Shown here: piece by piece, positions 1 through 7,981 of the stretch
Layout of the letters: each line of letters starts with the position of its first letter
Position numbering within the stretch: position 1 is the stretch's first letter
From: a virus
Strand: one strand, 5' to 3'
Virus record (IMG/VR): IMGVR_UViG_3300045988_123906
DNA length: 64,000 nucleotides
Translations under genes and position numbers: made by a program
Notes under the pieces: generated by a model
Told to the model about the DNA's origin: nothing
The model's database searches: none
Seen by the model: the letters and a program-made list of their open reading frames with translations, nothing else

Positions 1-14
1 ATTACATCAAGCAG

Positions 15-1151
15 GTGAAAATGTTCGACGAGGACTATAAGAAGGCGGGCTGGGTTCGTCTTGAGGATGTCTCTCTGTATGTCGATCGCAGCGGTGACGC
101 TCTGGTCTATCAGAACGAAACCAAGCAGGCGACTATGGTGTTCGCTCCTTCGCCCAAGAGAATCCAGGTCATGCAGATGATGATGAGCTGTCTGCCTCGT
201 CTGCTTCCGTGGGCATTCAAGGATCACCCGGCAACCAGGGATGAACTCGATCTGCTGAAGATGCTGGCTGAGCAGAAGTATGACAAGTTCAATGCGGCAA
301 TCGACAAGATCTGTGCAGCTTATGACTTCTACGGCAAGAAAGTCGAAAGCATGCTCAAGGGATTCTGCAGTCAGAACTTCACCCGCTCGATCCACGATCA
401 GGAAGAACGTGTCCGCCGGGCAGAGAACAACGTCAACGATTATATGAGCAGCGCCCGCAATGCCATGAAGCAGGTGGATGAAGAGCAGATGAAGCTTCTG
501 GTGCTCCGGAATCGTGCCTGCAACTCTGGAGACGATGAGAAGGAGCTGGTCGATTTCTTCAAGGCGAACAAATCTCTTATCGCTCTGGATAAGTCCGGCA
601 ATCAGCTGTGGGTCGGCGTGAACTGCTATCTGAATGACTACAACGAAGATATCTTTAAGCAGTATGTCGAAAAGCAGGATAAGATGTCCAGCTACATCTA
701 CGAGGAGAGCCCGTATGATATGGATCTCACCAAGAAGCTGTTCCTGGCTATCTGGAAAGAGCACCGGTTCAATCTGCGTGTCTACTGCGAGTGGATTGTC
801 TATGATGACTGCCGCGTCGAAGCCGTCAGAAGCACTAACATGAATCACCGAGAAGACCTGATGAAGAATCGTTTTCCTCAGCCGCATATCGACCGGTTTA
901 CCTGTTACGGCGGCTATCGCGGTATGCTTCAGGATCTGGCTCTCCGCCGTGATTACATCGGCGTTTTGTCTACTCTGGTGACTTCTTCTTCCTATATCAA
1001 CTGGACGGATTCTACGGTCGTCGAATGGATGATGGAAAAGCTGTTCGGCGATTATAGTAATCGGAAGTGTCTGGAAGATAAGGATGGTAATCTCTACACC
1101 ATCAAACAGGTGGTTGAGATCCTGGAAAACGAAAGCAGAGAAACGGCATAA
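15..1151 (+). CDS. hypothetical protein, first gene of the JAB/E1-like cluster; weak E2-like patch near the C-terminus
   Basis: Long ORF. AGGTGA lies 4 nt before ATG 21 (GTG 15 is also possible, and the frame is open to the window edge). FPQPHIDRFTCYGGY only loosely resembles the HP[NH]..C core of prokaryotic E2-like proteins. Confidence 0.55.
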   Translation: MKMFDEDYKKAGWVRLEDVSLYVDRSGDALVYQNETKQATMVFAPSPKRIQVMQMMMSCLPRLLPWAFKDHPATRDELDLLKMLAEQKYDKFNAAIDKICAAYDFYGKKVESMLKGFCSQNFTRSIHDQEERVRRAENNVNDYMSSARNAMKQVDEEQMKLLVLRNRACNSGDDEKELVDFFKANKSLIALDKSGNQLWVGVNCYLNDYNEDIFKQYVEKQDKMSSYIYEESPYDMDLTKKLFLAIWKEHRFNLRVYCEWIVYDDCRVEAVRSTNMNHREDLMKNRFPQPHIDRFTCYGGYRGMLQDLALRRDYIGVLSTLVTSSSYINWTDSTVVEWMMEKLFGDYSNRKCLEDKDGNLYTIKQVVEILENESRETA

Positions 1152-1164
1152 GGAGGTTTGAAGT

Positions 1165-2142
1165 ATGCAGCCGGTTAAGATGAATGACGAACTGATCCAG
1201 GGAATTTTGCAGGAGTTCTATGCACAGGCTTCTGCGTTGGGTAATCTGCAGGCGGATAAGTTCTCCTTTAACAAGAATTTTTCCAAGCCTGCCAAGGACG
1301 CAGTCGAGGTGAATTTCACTCTGGAAGCTTATCACGAGATGTGTGCCCTGATCGATCACTTCAGTACCGAGGTCGCCTGGCACGGTCTGGTGAATCGCAT
1401 TGATAAGACTCACTTCCAAATCACCAAGATCCTGGTTTATCCGCAGCAGGTCACGGGCGCAACAGTGAATACGGACCAGGAAAAGTATACGACCTGGCTG
1501 TATGAGCTGGACGATGAATCCTTTAATACGCTGCGGTTCCAGGGCCACAGTCATGTGAACATGAGCACTTCTCCCAGCGGTGTGGATATGCAGAATCAGT
1601 GGGATCTCATTGATACTCTGAGCTCTGAGGATTACTACGTCTTTATGATCTGGAACAAGCGGCGGGAGTATAACGTCCGTGTTGTGGACATGGCGGACAA
1701 TGTCATCTACAGCGGCGATGATGTCAAGGTGACGATTGGAGAGGCCGATACGAAAGGGTTTCTCGAACAGGCGGAAGCGCTCGTCCAAAAGCCGGTCACA
1801 ACCACATACAGCGGCTACAACAATGGCTACAGCGGCAACTACAATGGTGCAGCTTACTCCGGCAACTACAGCGCGGGTACAGCAGCTTATCAGGGAGGCG
1901 CGTTCGTTGGTAACACAAGCTCCGCAGCCGCGTCCACGAAAACAAAAGCAGAAACGAAACCGGCAGCCACGACGAACCCGGCGCTGAAAACTGTCACGGG
2001 TGGAGCCGCCCCTAAGATCGATTCAGCCAAGAGCAAGGGAAGCGAATCCAATCTGATGAAGTATTATCAGGAGAATCCGAACGACCTGATGAACAATTGG
2101 AATTCGAGCTGCTATCCCTACGCTGACGCATTCCAGGACTAA
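1165..2142 (+). CDS. JAB/MPN+ (JAMM) metalloprotease-domain protein with a Tyr/Gly/Asn-rich tail
   Basis: Exact JAMM signature HSHVNMSTSPSGVD (HxHx7Sx2D) with the upstream Glu in TEVAWHG. A GGAGG RBS precedes the ATG. Confidence 0.85.
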   Translation: MQPVKMNDELIQGILQEFYAQASALGNLQADKFSFNKNFSKPAKDAVEVNFTLEAYHEMCALIDHFSTEVAWHGLVNRIDKTHFQITKILVYPQQVTGATVNTDQEKYTTWLYELDDESFNTLRFQGHSHVNMSTSPSGVDMQNQWDLIDTLSSEDYYVFMIWNKRREYNVRVVDMADNVIYSGDDVKVTIGEADTKGFLEQAEALVQKPVTTTYSGYNNGYSGNYNGAAYSGNYSAGTAAYQGGAFVGNTSSAAASTKTKAETKPAATTNPALKTVTGGAAPKIDSAKSKGSESNLMKYYQENPNDLMNNWNSSCYPYADAFQD

Positions 2143-2156
2143 GAAAGGAAACAACA

Positions 2157-2837
2157 ATGGATCTGAGCAAAATCGAAATGGTGTTTGACCCTGCGTCTGT
2201 TAAGGGTCGCATTCATATCATCGGCTGTGGTTCGGTCGGCTCTACTGTGGCTGAACTGCTGGCACGATACGGTCTGACCAAGTTCACTCTGTGGGATATG
2301 GACTTTGTCGAACCCAAGAATATCGTCAACCAGATGTTCTTCCAGCAGGATATCGCCCATCCCAAGGTGGAAGCTGTGGGGAACATTCTGTGCAATGTGA
2401 ATCCTGATATCAAAGAGGATCTGGTTCTGATGCCCAATGGCTGGCAGGGCGAAACCGTCAAGGGTTATGTGTTCCTGGCCGTGGACAGCATCGAGATCCG
2501 CAAGCAGTTCCTGGAGAAGAATAAGTACAATCCTGAGCTGCTCGGTGTGTTCGATATCCGCACTGGCCTGTATGATGCACAGTGCTGGTCGGCCGATTGG
2601 AAGGATCGCAAGCAGATCGACAATCTGAAGAACTCCATGAACTTCACTCACGAGGAAGCAAAGGTAAGTACGCCGGTGTCTGCATGTGGCATTGTTCAGG
2701 GTGTTGCACCGACCGTTCGTTTCATCTGCTGTCTGGCGGTTACGAACTTTATCAATTTCGTGGGAGGCAACCAGCTGAAGAAGCAGATCGTTGCAACCCC
2801 GTTCATTCTGGGTGAAGAGAGCGTCATGGCGTTCTGA
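2157..2837 (+). CDS. E1-like ThiF/MoeB-family adenylyltransferase-fold protein
   Basis: Rossmann loop IIGCGSVGS (GxGxxG) followed by LWDMDFVEPKNIVNQ, typical of ThiF/E1 nucleotide-binding domains. Confidence 0.8.
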   Translation: MDLSKIEMVFDPASVKGRIHIIGCGSVGSTVAELLARYGLTKFTLWDMDFVEPKNIVNQMFFQQDIAHPKVEAVGNILCNVNPDIKEDLVLMPNGWQGETVKGYVFLAVDSIEIRKQFLEKNKYNPELLGVFDIRTGLYDAQCWSADWKDRKQIDNLKNSMNFTHEEAKVSTPVSACGIVQGVAPTVRFICCLAVTNFINFVGGNQLKKQIVATPFILGEESVMAF

Positions 2838-2856
2838 TAAAATCGTAAATAAAAAA

Positions 2857-3120
2857 ATCGTGATGAATAGTTGTTTTTATAAACAGCGCACTTAGGCCAA
2901 GCCAAGTGTATCGAATTGTTAAGAAGAGGGGGTCCTCCCCCTGTGGCATCAACATTGCAAAACTAAACGCGTGCCGCCGGATGACGGTGCTACCACAGGG
3001 TTCGAAACGATCTTCCTGGGTCACCCGAATGCGGTTATATAGCCAATTTCAGCATCCAATCATGATCGGGACCTCCTACAGCATGCATTATAGCCTCAAG
3101 AAACCCATTTAGATCACGAT
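2857..3120 (+). ncRNA. candidate structured RNA immediately upstream of the RT (retron msr/msd-like or other RT-associated ncRNA)
   Basis: 303-nt gap with stops in all frames. Terminal inverted repeat ATCGTGAT (2857-2864) / ATCACGAT (3113-3120). Hairpins AGGGGG-tcct-CCCCCT (2927-2942) and CCCTGTGG (2939-2946) / CCACAGGG (2993-3000). Shares motifs with the element at 4765-5013. Confidence 0.4.
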
Positions 3121-3140
3121 GAAATCATAAAGGAGAAACA

Positions 3141-4373
3141 ATGTACATTACATATCTGAATCCTCCTAAGACTCGGCAGATCACTTTTGATGAGATCCTT
3201 GCCGGTGTCCAGAATGTAGAAGCACTGCACTATGGCGGCAGCAACACATCTACAATGACCGTGTGCCGCAATGACTTAACCGCCAAACTTCGCGCTATCA
3301 CAAATGTTCCTGAGATGATCGAGAAGTTGGTGGACTACAACGTGAAATATGCGACGCTTGAATCCAGCGATATCCCGAGTCACTATTCTCACTTTGAGAT
3401 TCCAAAGAAATCTGGTGGCTGGCGACCCATTGATGCGCCAGATGAAACTCTTTCTGATGCACTGATCGAGCTGCGGGAACTGCTGAAGAGCTTTATGATC
3501 GCAGATTATCACACGAATGCTTTCGCATATATTCCCAATCGCAGCTTTATCGATGCGGTCCGTAAGCATCAGGCAGGTCACAATAAAACCGTCGTTGATG
3601 AGGCGACCGGCATGAAAAAGGTCGTCAATTATCAGAATCATTGGGCGGTCAAGTTCGACTTCCATGGTTTCTTTCCCAGTACGACACCGGATTTTCTGCT
3701 CGGCATGATGAGTGTGATCTATCCATTTGCTCTGATCATGCGGGATGCACATGGCCGAGATGAACTGGCAAAGGCGGTCAACCTGTGCTTTCTTCGCAAC
3801 GGCCTGCCGCAGGGAACTCCCATCAGTCCGTGGCTTACCAATGTGATGATGATTCCGTTTGACCACTGTATCACTCGCAAGCTGTGCTATGGCTACAAAG
3901 CAAAGGACGGCATCGATCGCGAGTTTACTTTCACACGATATGCAGATGATATCCTCATCAGCTGTTATCATCACTTTGACCCGATGGAAATTCAGCAGAT
4001 CATCATTGATGCGTTGAACTTCTTTCATGCGCCGTTTACTCTGAACGAAACGAAAACGCATTACGGCAACCGGCACTCCAGCAAGAACTGGTGTCTCGGC
4101 TTGATGTGGAATAAGGACAATCAGATCACGGTTGGCTGGCGCAATCTTAAAATGTTCCGTTCGGCTATGACGAACTATATCGATACAAAGCAGCATGGCA
4201 GGACCTGGGAGCTGGAAGATCTGCAAAAGTTCAATGGCAAGCTCAACTATTATCACATGGTCGAGCCTGAGGTGATCGACGAGCTGGTTCGTCGTTACAA
4301 TGCAAAGTTCGGCACTGATATTATTGCGATGCTCAAAGAAGATCTTCGTCCCAAAGAGGGCGTTGTTGCATAA
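3141..4373 (+). CDS. reverse transcriptase, retron/Abi/UG-like (not DGR-like)
   Basis: RT motifs 1-7: FEIPKKSGGWRPIDAP, AFAYIPNRS, KFDFHGFFPS, LPQGTPISPWLTN, FTRYADDILIS, LNETKTH, CLGLMWNKDNQITVG. Strong AAAGGAG RBS. Confidence 0.9.
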   Translation: MYITYLNPPKTRQITFDEILAGVQNVEALHYGGSNTSTMTVCRNDLTAKLRAITNVPEMIEKLVDYNVKYATLESSDIPSHYSHFEIPKKSGGWRPIDAPDETLSDALIELRELLKSFMIADYHTNAFAYIPNRSFIDAVRKHQAGHNKTVVDEATGMKKVVNYQNHWAVKFDFHGFFPSTTPDFLLGMMSVIYPFALIMRDAHGRDELAKAVNLCFLRNGLPQGTPISPWLTNVMMIPFDHCITRKLCYGYKAKDGIDREFTFTRYADDILISCYHHFDPMEIQQIIIDALNFFHAPFTLNETKTHYGNRHSSKNWCLGLMWNKDNQITVGWRNLKMFRSAMTNYIDTKQHGRTWELEDLQKFNGKLNYYHMVEPEVIDELVRRYNAKFGTDIIAMLKEDLRPKEGVVA

Positions 4374-4405
4374 AAAATGGAGACATACACAAGGAGTGAT
4401 GATCT

Positions 4406-4753
4406 ATGATTGAAATTATGTGCCGGGATGGAAAGGTCCCATCGAAGGAGCTCGAAAAGGTCGCGGATATGATCTACTATTCCACGGGCATCGAAACAGA
4501 GGTGGTCTACGAAGAGGATCGGAGAGCCCTAGTGTTCTGGGGCCCTGAGGATGTCAAAGAGATCGTGGAAAGTTTGAATCTGAAATCGATCAACACAGAC
4601 GATACCAATTTCTGCGATACCATTGTGGCCGCCGCAGAGCCGCGCATTCACCAGGCAATGCTGGAAGCCGGCAGAGATGTCCTGTTTGATGAAGTCTGTG
4701 AAACGGCTGCATCCATGGGCGAACAAATCGAATTCGATGAGCCCAATCAGTAA
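4406..4753 (+). CDS. hypothetical acidic protein co-oriented with the RT
   Basis: 115-aa ORF with AAGGAG RBS, 32 nt after the RT stop. No recognisable motif. Confidence 0.6.
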   Translation: MIEIMCRDGKVPSKELEKVADMIYYSTGIETEVVYEEDRRALVFWGPEDVKEIVESLNLKSINTDDTNFCDTIVAAAEPRIHQAMLEAGRDVLFDEVCETAASMGEQIEFDEPNQ

Positions 4754-4764
4754 TCAGTAAACAA

Positions 4765-5013
4765 AAAATCACTTTGCATATCGTTCCAAAAGAGCGAGCA
4801 TCACGCCCAAGGCGGATGTTAAGAAGAATACCCCAGCAATCGGCCGCTGCACTCCGCCATAGGCCCCTGATCGTGCAGCTGGCCTCAAACAATCCTTGTC
4901 AAGAAACACTCGTCCTTCGATCCGGGACGAAAGTCACGCGCCAGGTCGCGTGACAGAAGTCCCTGATCGTGCGTCCTCCCGTTTCCAGAGCATCGGATTT
5001 AGAAAGTGATTTT
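4765..5013 (+). ncRNA. second candidate structured RNA, paralogous to the element at 2857-3120
   Basis: 285-nt ORF-free gap. 11-bp terminal inverted repeat AAAATCACTTT (4765-4775) / AAAGTGATTTT (5003-5013). Hairpins TCGTCC/GGACGA (4910-4930) and GTCACGCG/CGCGTGAC (4933-4954). 12-nt direct repeat CCCTGATCGTGC at 4865 and 4961. Confidence 0.4.
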
Positions 5014-5038
5014 GATAAAAAGAAAATGAGGTAGAAAT

Positions 5039-5305
5039 ATGGAATTGATGTATAAGCCAGGCGATAAAGTAATGATTCGCCCGGATCTGAACTGCCGTGA
5101 AATTTATTGCATGAGATCAGGTCGCCACAATGGGGACTATACCTACAATGTGGTTGATCAAATGGTAGATCAGGCTGGAAAGGTTTTTACGATTCAGGGT
5201 CCTCGCCACGGAGGAGCTGGATATACTCTGGAAGAGTCTGATTATGGCTGGACCGACGAGATGTTTATTTCTATCAATGAGTGTTGCTGTGATAGCATTC
5301 TGTGA
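5039..5305 (+). CDS. small protein, tandem paralog family copy A (WTDEMF ... CxCxS[IL]L C-terminus)
   Basis: 88 aa. KPGDKVMIRPDL..YCMRSG..WTDEMF..ECCCDSIL. Aligns with the six other copies. Confidence 0.75.
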   Translation: MELMYKPGDKVMIRPDLNCREIYCMRSGRHNGDYTYNVVDQMVDQAGKVFTIQGPRHGGAGYTLEESDYGWTDEMFISINECCCDSIL

Positions 5306-5313
5306 GGTGAACT

Positions 5314-5589
5314 ATGAAATACAGATACGATGTCGGTGACGCAGTGGTCGTAAAGCGAGATCTCAGAAAGAATTGCAGCTACTTTATGATGTTCGGCCCC
5401 AATCCCAAAACATACAACACTGTTGTCGACGAAATGAAAGAGCTCGAAGGCAAGACCGTTCATATCGCAGAACATATTGATGGTCAATACTTCATTGAAG
5501 AAGACAATAAATCATATGCCTGGACGGATCAGATGTTCCTGACGCAGGACAAATACAGCGCTGCTTGTGTTTGCGAAAGTTTACTATGA
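5314..5589 (+). CDS. small protein, paralog family copy B
   Basis: 91 aa. VGDAVVVKRDL..YFMMFG..WTDQMF..CVCESLL. The junction CTGTGAGGTGAACTATG is nearly identical to the D/E junction. Confidence 0.75.
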   Translation: MKYRYDVGDAVVVKRDLRKNCSYFMMFGPNPKTYNTVVDEMKELEGKTVHIAEHIDGQYFIEEDNKSYAWTDQMFLTQDKYSAACVCESLL

Positions 5590-5605
5590 TTGGAATGATT
5601 TGAAA

Positions 5606-5809
5606 ATGCAGAATCCCTGCCATTATTGTGTGGCTCCCAAGCGTTATCCCGGGTGTCACGATCACTGTCAGGAGCGCCAGCAGTACGTCGAAACTGAGCT
5701 GACACAGCAGCACCAATACAAAGAAAAGTGCCGCATGATCAACGATTTTGATAATGAGCTATACACTCATAACCTGCGTTACAGAGAAAAATATCAACAC
5801 AGATATTGA
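5606..5809 (+). CDS. small Cys/His-rich protein
   Basis: MQNPCHYCVAPKRYPGCHDHC... An alternative start at 5567 overlaps copy B. Start uncertain. Confidence 0.5.
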   Translation: MQNPCHYCVAPKRYPGCHDHCQERQQYVETELTQQHQYKEKCRMINDFDNELYTHNLRYREKYQHRY

Positions 5810-5833
5810 TTTACATAGAAAGGATGAAGATCA

Positions 5834-6655
5834 ATGGCAGAACCGGCACGTAAGCGCAAGGATCGCGTAGTTCAGTTCCCGCAACAGCCTGGTTCCGAAG
5901 CTCACATCACCATGAGCGAAGCCGAGCTGAAGGAAATGATTTGGGACATCGTGGCTGCCGCTCGCAAGAAAAAGCGCAAGACAAAGCCAACCAACAGCCT
6001 TTATACAAAGGATGGCCGCATCAAACCTTCGCCTGCTGATCCGATTCGTTCCAAAGAGGATTTCCAGAAACTGGCGAATTATCTCGCTTCCAACGGCGAC
6101 CCCAAGTTTCGTCTACGCAACAAGGCGATTTTCGTGTTCGGGTGCAGTCTGGGTATTCGTTGTGGCGATCTTCTCAGTCTGAAAACGGCCGATGTTTACG
6201 AACAGGATGGCAGTGTGAAAGAGCATGTCGAACTGATCGAAGAAAAGACCCGTAAGCGCAATGTGTGCAAGATCCCTAAGATGGCAGCTGACATTCTTGA
6301 GGATTATTTCGATGAACAGAATTTCGAGATTAGTCAATCTGATTATCTGTTTCGCAGTCGCAAGGGTGGTCCTCTGACAGTGCGCGGATTTTATCGGATC
6401 TTGAAAGAAGCAGGGAAAGCGTGTGAGCTAGATATCGATCTGTCCACTCATACCATGCGCAAAACCTATGCAATGGCTGCACTTCAGACAGCGAAAAAAG
6501 CTGGTACATCTGGGCAAACGATCGAGATGCTTCAAGAAAAGTTTAAGCATAGCAGCCAGCGTGTCACGATGCATTATGTCAAGGCAGACCAGGATAAGAT
6601 GGACGAAATGTCTGATCGTGTGTCGGACTGGTTCGATGATGGAGGAACGGAATGA
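5834..6655 (+). CDS. tyrosine recombinase (catalytic domain only, 273 aa) embedded in the paralog array
   Basis: Catalytic residues: R in LGIRCGDLLSLK, HxxR in STHTMRKTYA, H..Y in KHSSQRVTMHYV. Confidence 0.85.
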   Translation: MAEPARKRKDRVVQFPQQPGSEAHITMSEAELKEMIWDIVAAARKKKRKTKPTNSLYTKDGRIKPSPADPIRSKEDFQKLANYLASNGDPKFRLRNKAIFVFGCSLGIRCGDLLSLKTADVYEQDGSVKEHVELIEEKTRKRNVCKIPKMAADILEDYFDEQNFEISQSDYLFRSRKGGPLTVRGFYRILKEAGKACELDIDLSTHTMRKTYAMAALQTAKKAGTSGQTIEMLQEKFKHSSQRVTMHYVKADQDKMDEMSDRVSDWFDDGGTE

Positions 6656-6927
6656 CTGATTACATGTATCACCCAGGCGACAGAGTCCGCGTTCGACTTG
6701 ATCTTTCGGAACATGAAGAATATAAAATGTTGTCTGGCGAAAATAAAGGTCAACGCTGGGTGATTTTTGACTGGATGAAAAAATACGCAGGACAAGAGAT
6801 CGTCATTCAAAAGATCGCACAAACTAGTGGTGTTTACAGAGCACAAGGAATCGATGGCTGCATCTGGGCTGATGAGATGTTTGAGCCGCTTGTCGTGGAC
6901 GAGTGCGTTTGTGATTCATTGCTGTAA
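6652..6927 (+). CDS. small protein, paralog family copy C
   Basis: 91 aa. PGDRVRVRLDL..YKMLSG..WADEMF..CVCDSLL. ATGA overlap with the recombinase stop. Confidence 0.75.
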   Translation: MTDYMYHPGDRVRVRLDLSEHEEYKMLSGENKGQRWVIFDWMKKYAGQEIVIQKIAQTSGVYRAQGIDGCIWADEMFEPLVVDECVCDSLL

Positions 6928-6948
6928 TGGAATGGAGGAAGTAGAGCA

Positions 6949-7221
6949 ATGTCAAGATATTATCAGTATAAAAACGGAGAGGAAGTGTTTGTTCGACCTG
7001 ATCTGGAGCGCGGTGTTCAGTATTATATGCGTTCCGGTTACCGAGCAAATGATGTCAGTGTCACCCTTACTTATTCTCAGGCGCAGCGGCTTGGCACTGT
7101 GGTTCATATTGCCGGCAAGCGCAATGGCCGCTATTACATCGATGAAGATTATGGGTGCGATCGGTGGACGGACGAGATGTTCGCAGCACCCAACGAATGT
7201 ATCTGTACGCCGCTGCTGTGA
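6949..7221 (+). CDS. small protein, paralog family copy D
   Basis: 90 aa. NGEEVFVRPDL..YYMRSG..WTDEMF..CICTPLL. GGAGGA RBS. Confidence 0.75.
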   Translation: MSRYYQYKNGEEVFVRPDLERGVQYYMRSGYRANDVSVTLTYSQAQRLGTVVHIAGKRNGRYYIDEDYGCDRWTDEMFAAPNECICTPLL

Positions 7222-7229
7222 GGTGAATT

Positions 7230-7493
7230 ATGGAAGGGAAATACCTGTACGAAATTGGCGACCTCGTAAAAGTTCGCGACGATATTGATCGAAACATGTA
7301 GTATCGTATGCGTTCCGGTCCCAAAGCTGGACGCGAACCCGGGACTGTATATAATATCGGAAAATATAAGGGGTCAGTCCACAAAATCATTTCTTATGAG
7401 CAGGGTTATTACAAAATCGATAATGACCCTGATCATCTGTACTGGTCTGATGAAATGTTTGAGCCGATGTCGGTAAACGAAAGCCAACAGTAA
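7230..7493 (+). CDS. paralog family copy E, interrupted by an in-frame TAG (7299-7301); lacks the CxC tail
   Basis: MEGKYLYEIGDLVKVRDDIDRNM*YRMRSGP...YWSDEMF. Family homology is continuous across the TAG. GAGGTGA RBS before ATG 7230. Confidence 0.6.
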
Positions 7494-7509
7494 CATTGTG
7501 ACATTGGAT

Positions 7510-7659
7510 ATGTCGGAACTTCATGGGCAGTTGGTTCATATTAAAGATTATTCTTCTCACGGGCACTATATCGTAGAAGAAACATATGATTTTAGATGGA
7601 CTGATGACATGTTTTCTGGTTTGGCAAACAATGAGTGCTGCTGCGAATCTCTGTTATAA
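7510..7659 (+). CDS. 5'-truncated paralog family copy F (C-terminal half only)
   Basis: 49 aa. ...GHYIVEETYDFRWTDDMFSGLANNECCCESLL. Matches only the second half of the family. May be a remnant. Confidence 0.45.
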   Translation: MSELHGQLVHIKDYSSHGHYIVEETYDFRWTDDMFSGLANNECCCESLL

Positions 7660-7670
7660 GGAGGCACAAG

Positions 7671-7961
7671 TTGCAAGATACAAAATATCATGTAGGCGAT
7701 GTCGTTATTGTCCGCCAGGATTTAGATTTTAGAAAATGTTATTGGATGCGATCAGGTGGAAAAGAAAACGCTCCTTGGAGGAACGTTGTTTCAGATGTTG
7801 TAACTGAAGACATGATAGAGCTTTGTGGACAGACTATCGAAATCGAAGAAATAGTCGATACGGTCGATGGTAAAAAATACAGAGCAAGAGGTCGCTACTG
7901 GACAGACGACATGTTTTCTGACCAAATCGGCAATGAATGTTACTGTGAATCACTTCTGTAA
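7671..7961 (+). CDS. small protein, paralog family copy G (TTG start)
   Basis: AAGGAGG then TTG at 7671. VGDVVIVRQDL..YWMRSG..YWTDDMF..CYCESLL. Confidence 0.7.
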   Translation: MQDTKYHVGDVVIVRQDLDFRKCYWMRSGGKENAPWRNVVSDVVTEDMIELCGQTIEIEEIVDTVDGKKYRARGRYWTDDMFSDQIGNECYCESLL

Positions 7962-7981
7962 ATTTGAAAGGAGAAATTATC

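Noticed and set aside
1102-1788. Long antisense ORFs in the track (for example 1102-1788, 3276-4256, 8377-9474, 9483-10283, 33150-34184, 40958-42025, 52372-53235 on the minus strand)
   Set aside because: Each lies entirely opposite a + strand gene with clear motif support. They lack RBSs, have low-complexity Ile/Leu/His-rich translations, and break the uniform strand organisation. They are treated as shadow ORFs.
3141-4373. The RT as part of a diversity-generating retroelement (DGR), with the small paralog genes as targets
   Set aside because: Motif 4 is LPQGTPISP (retron/group-II type), not the DGR I(G)xxxSQ type. I found no near-identical template/variable repeat pair differing at adenines. 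The flanking elements share only short motifs with each other and none with the 3' ends of the paralog genes.
5039-7961. The C-terminal Cys motif of the paralog family as a CaaX prenylation box
   Set aside because: The last Cys is five residues from the end (C-[DE]-S-L-L), not four. The residue after it is acidic rather than aliphatic. A bacterial host has no known CaaX prenyltransferase.
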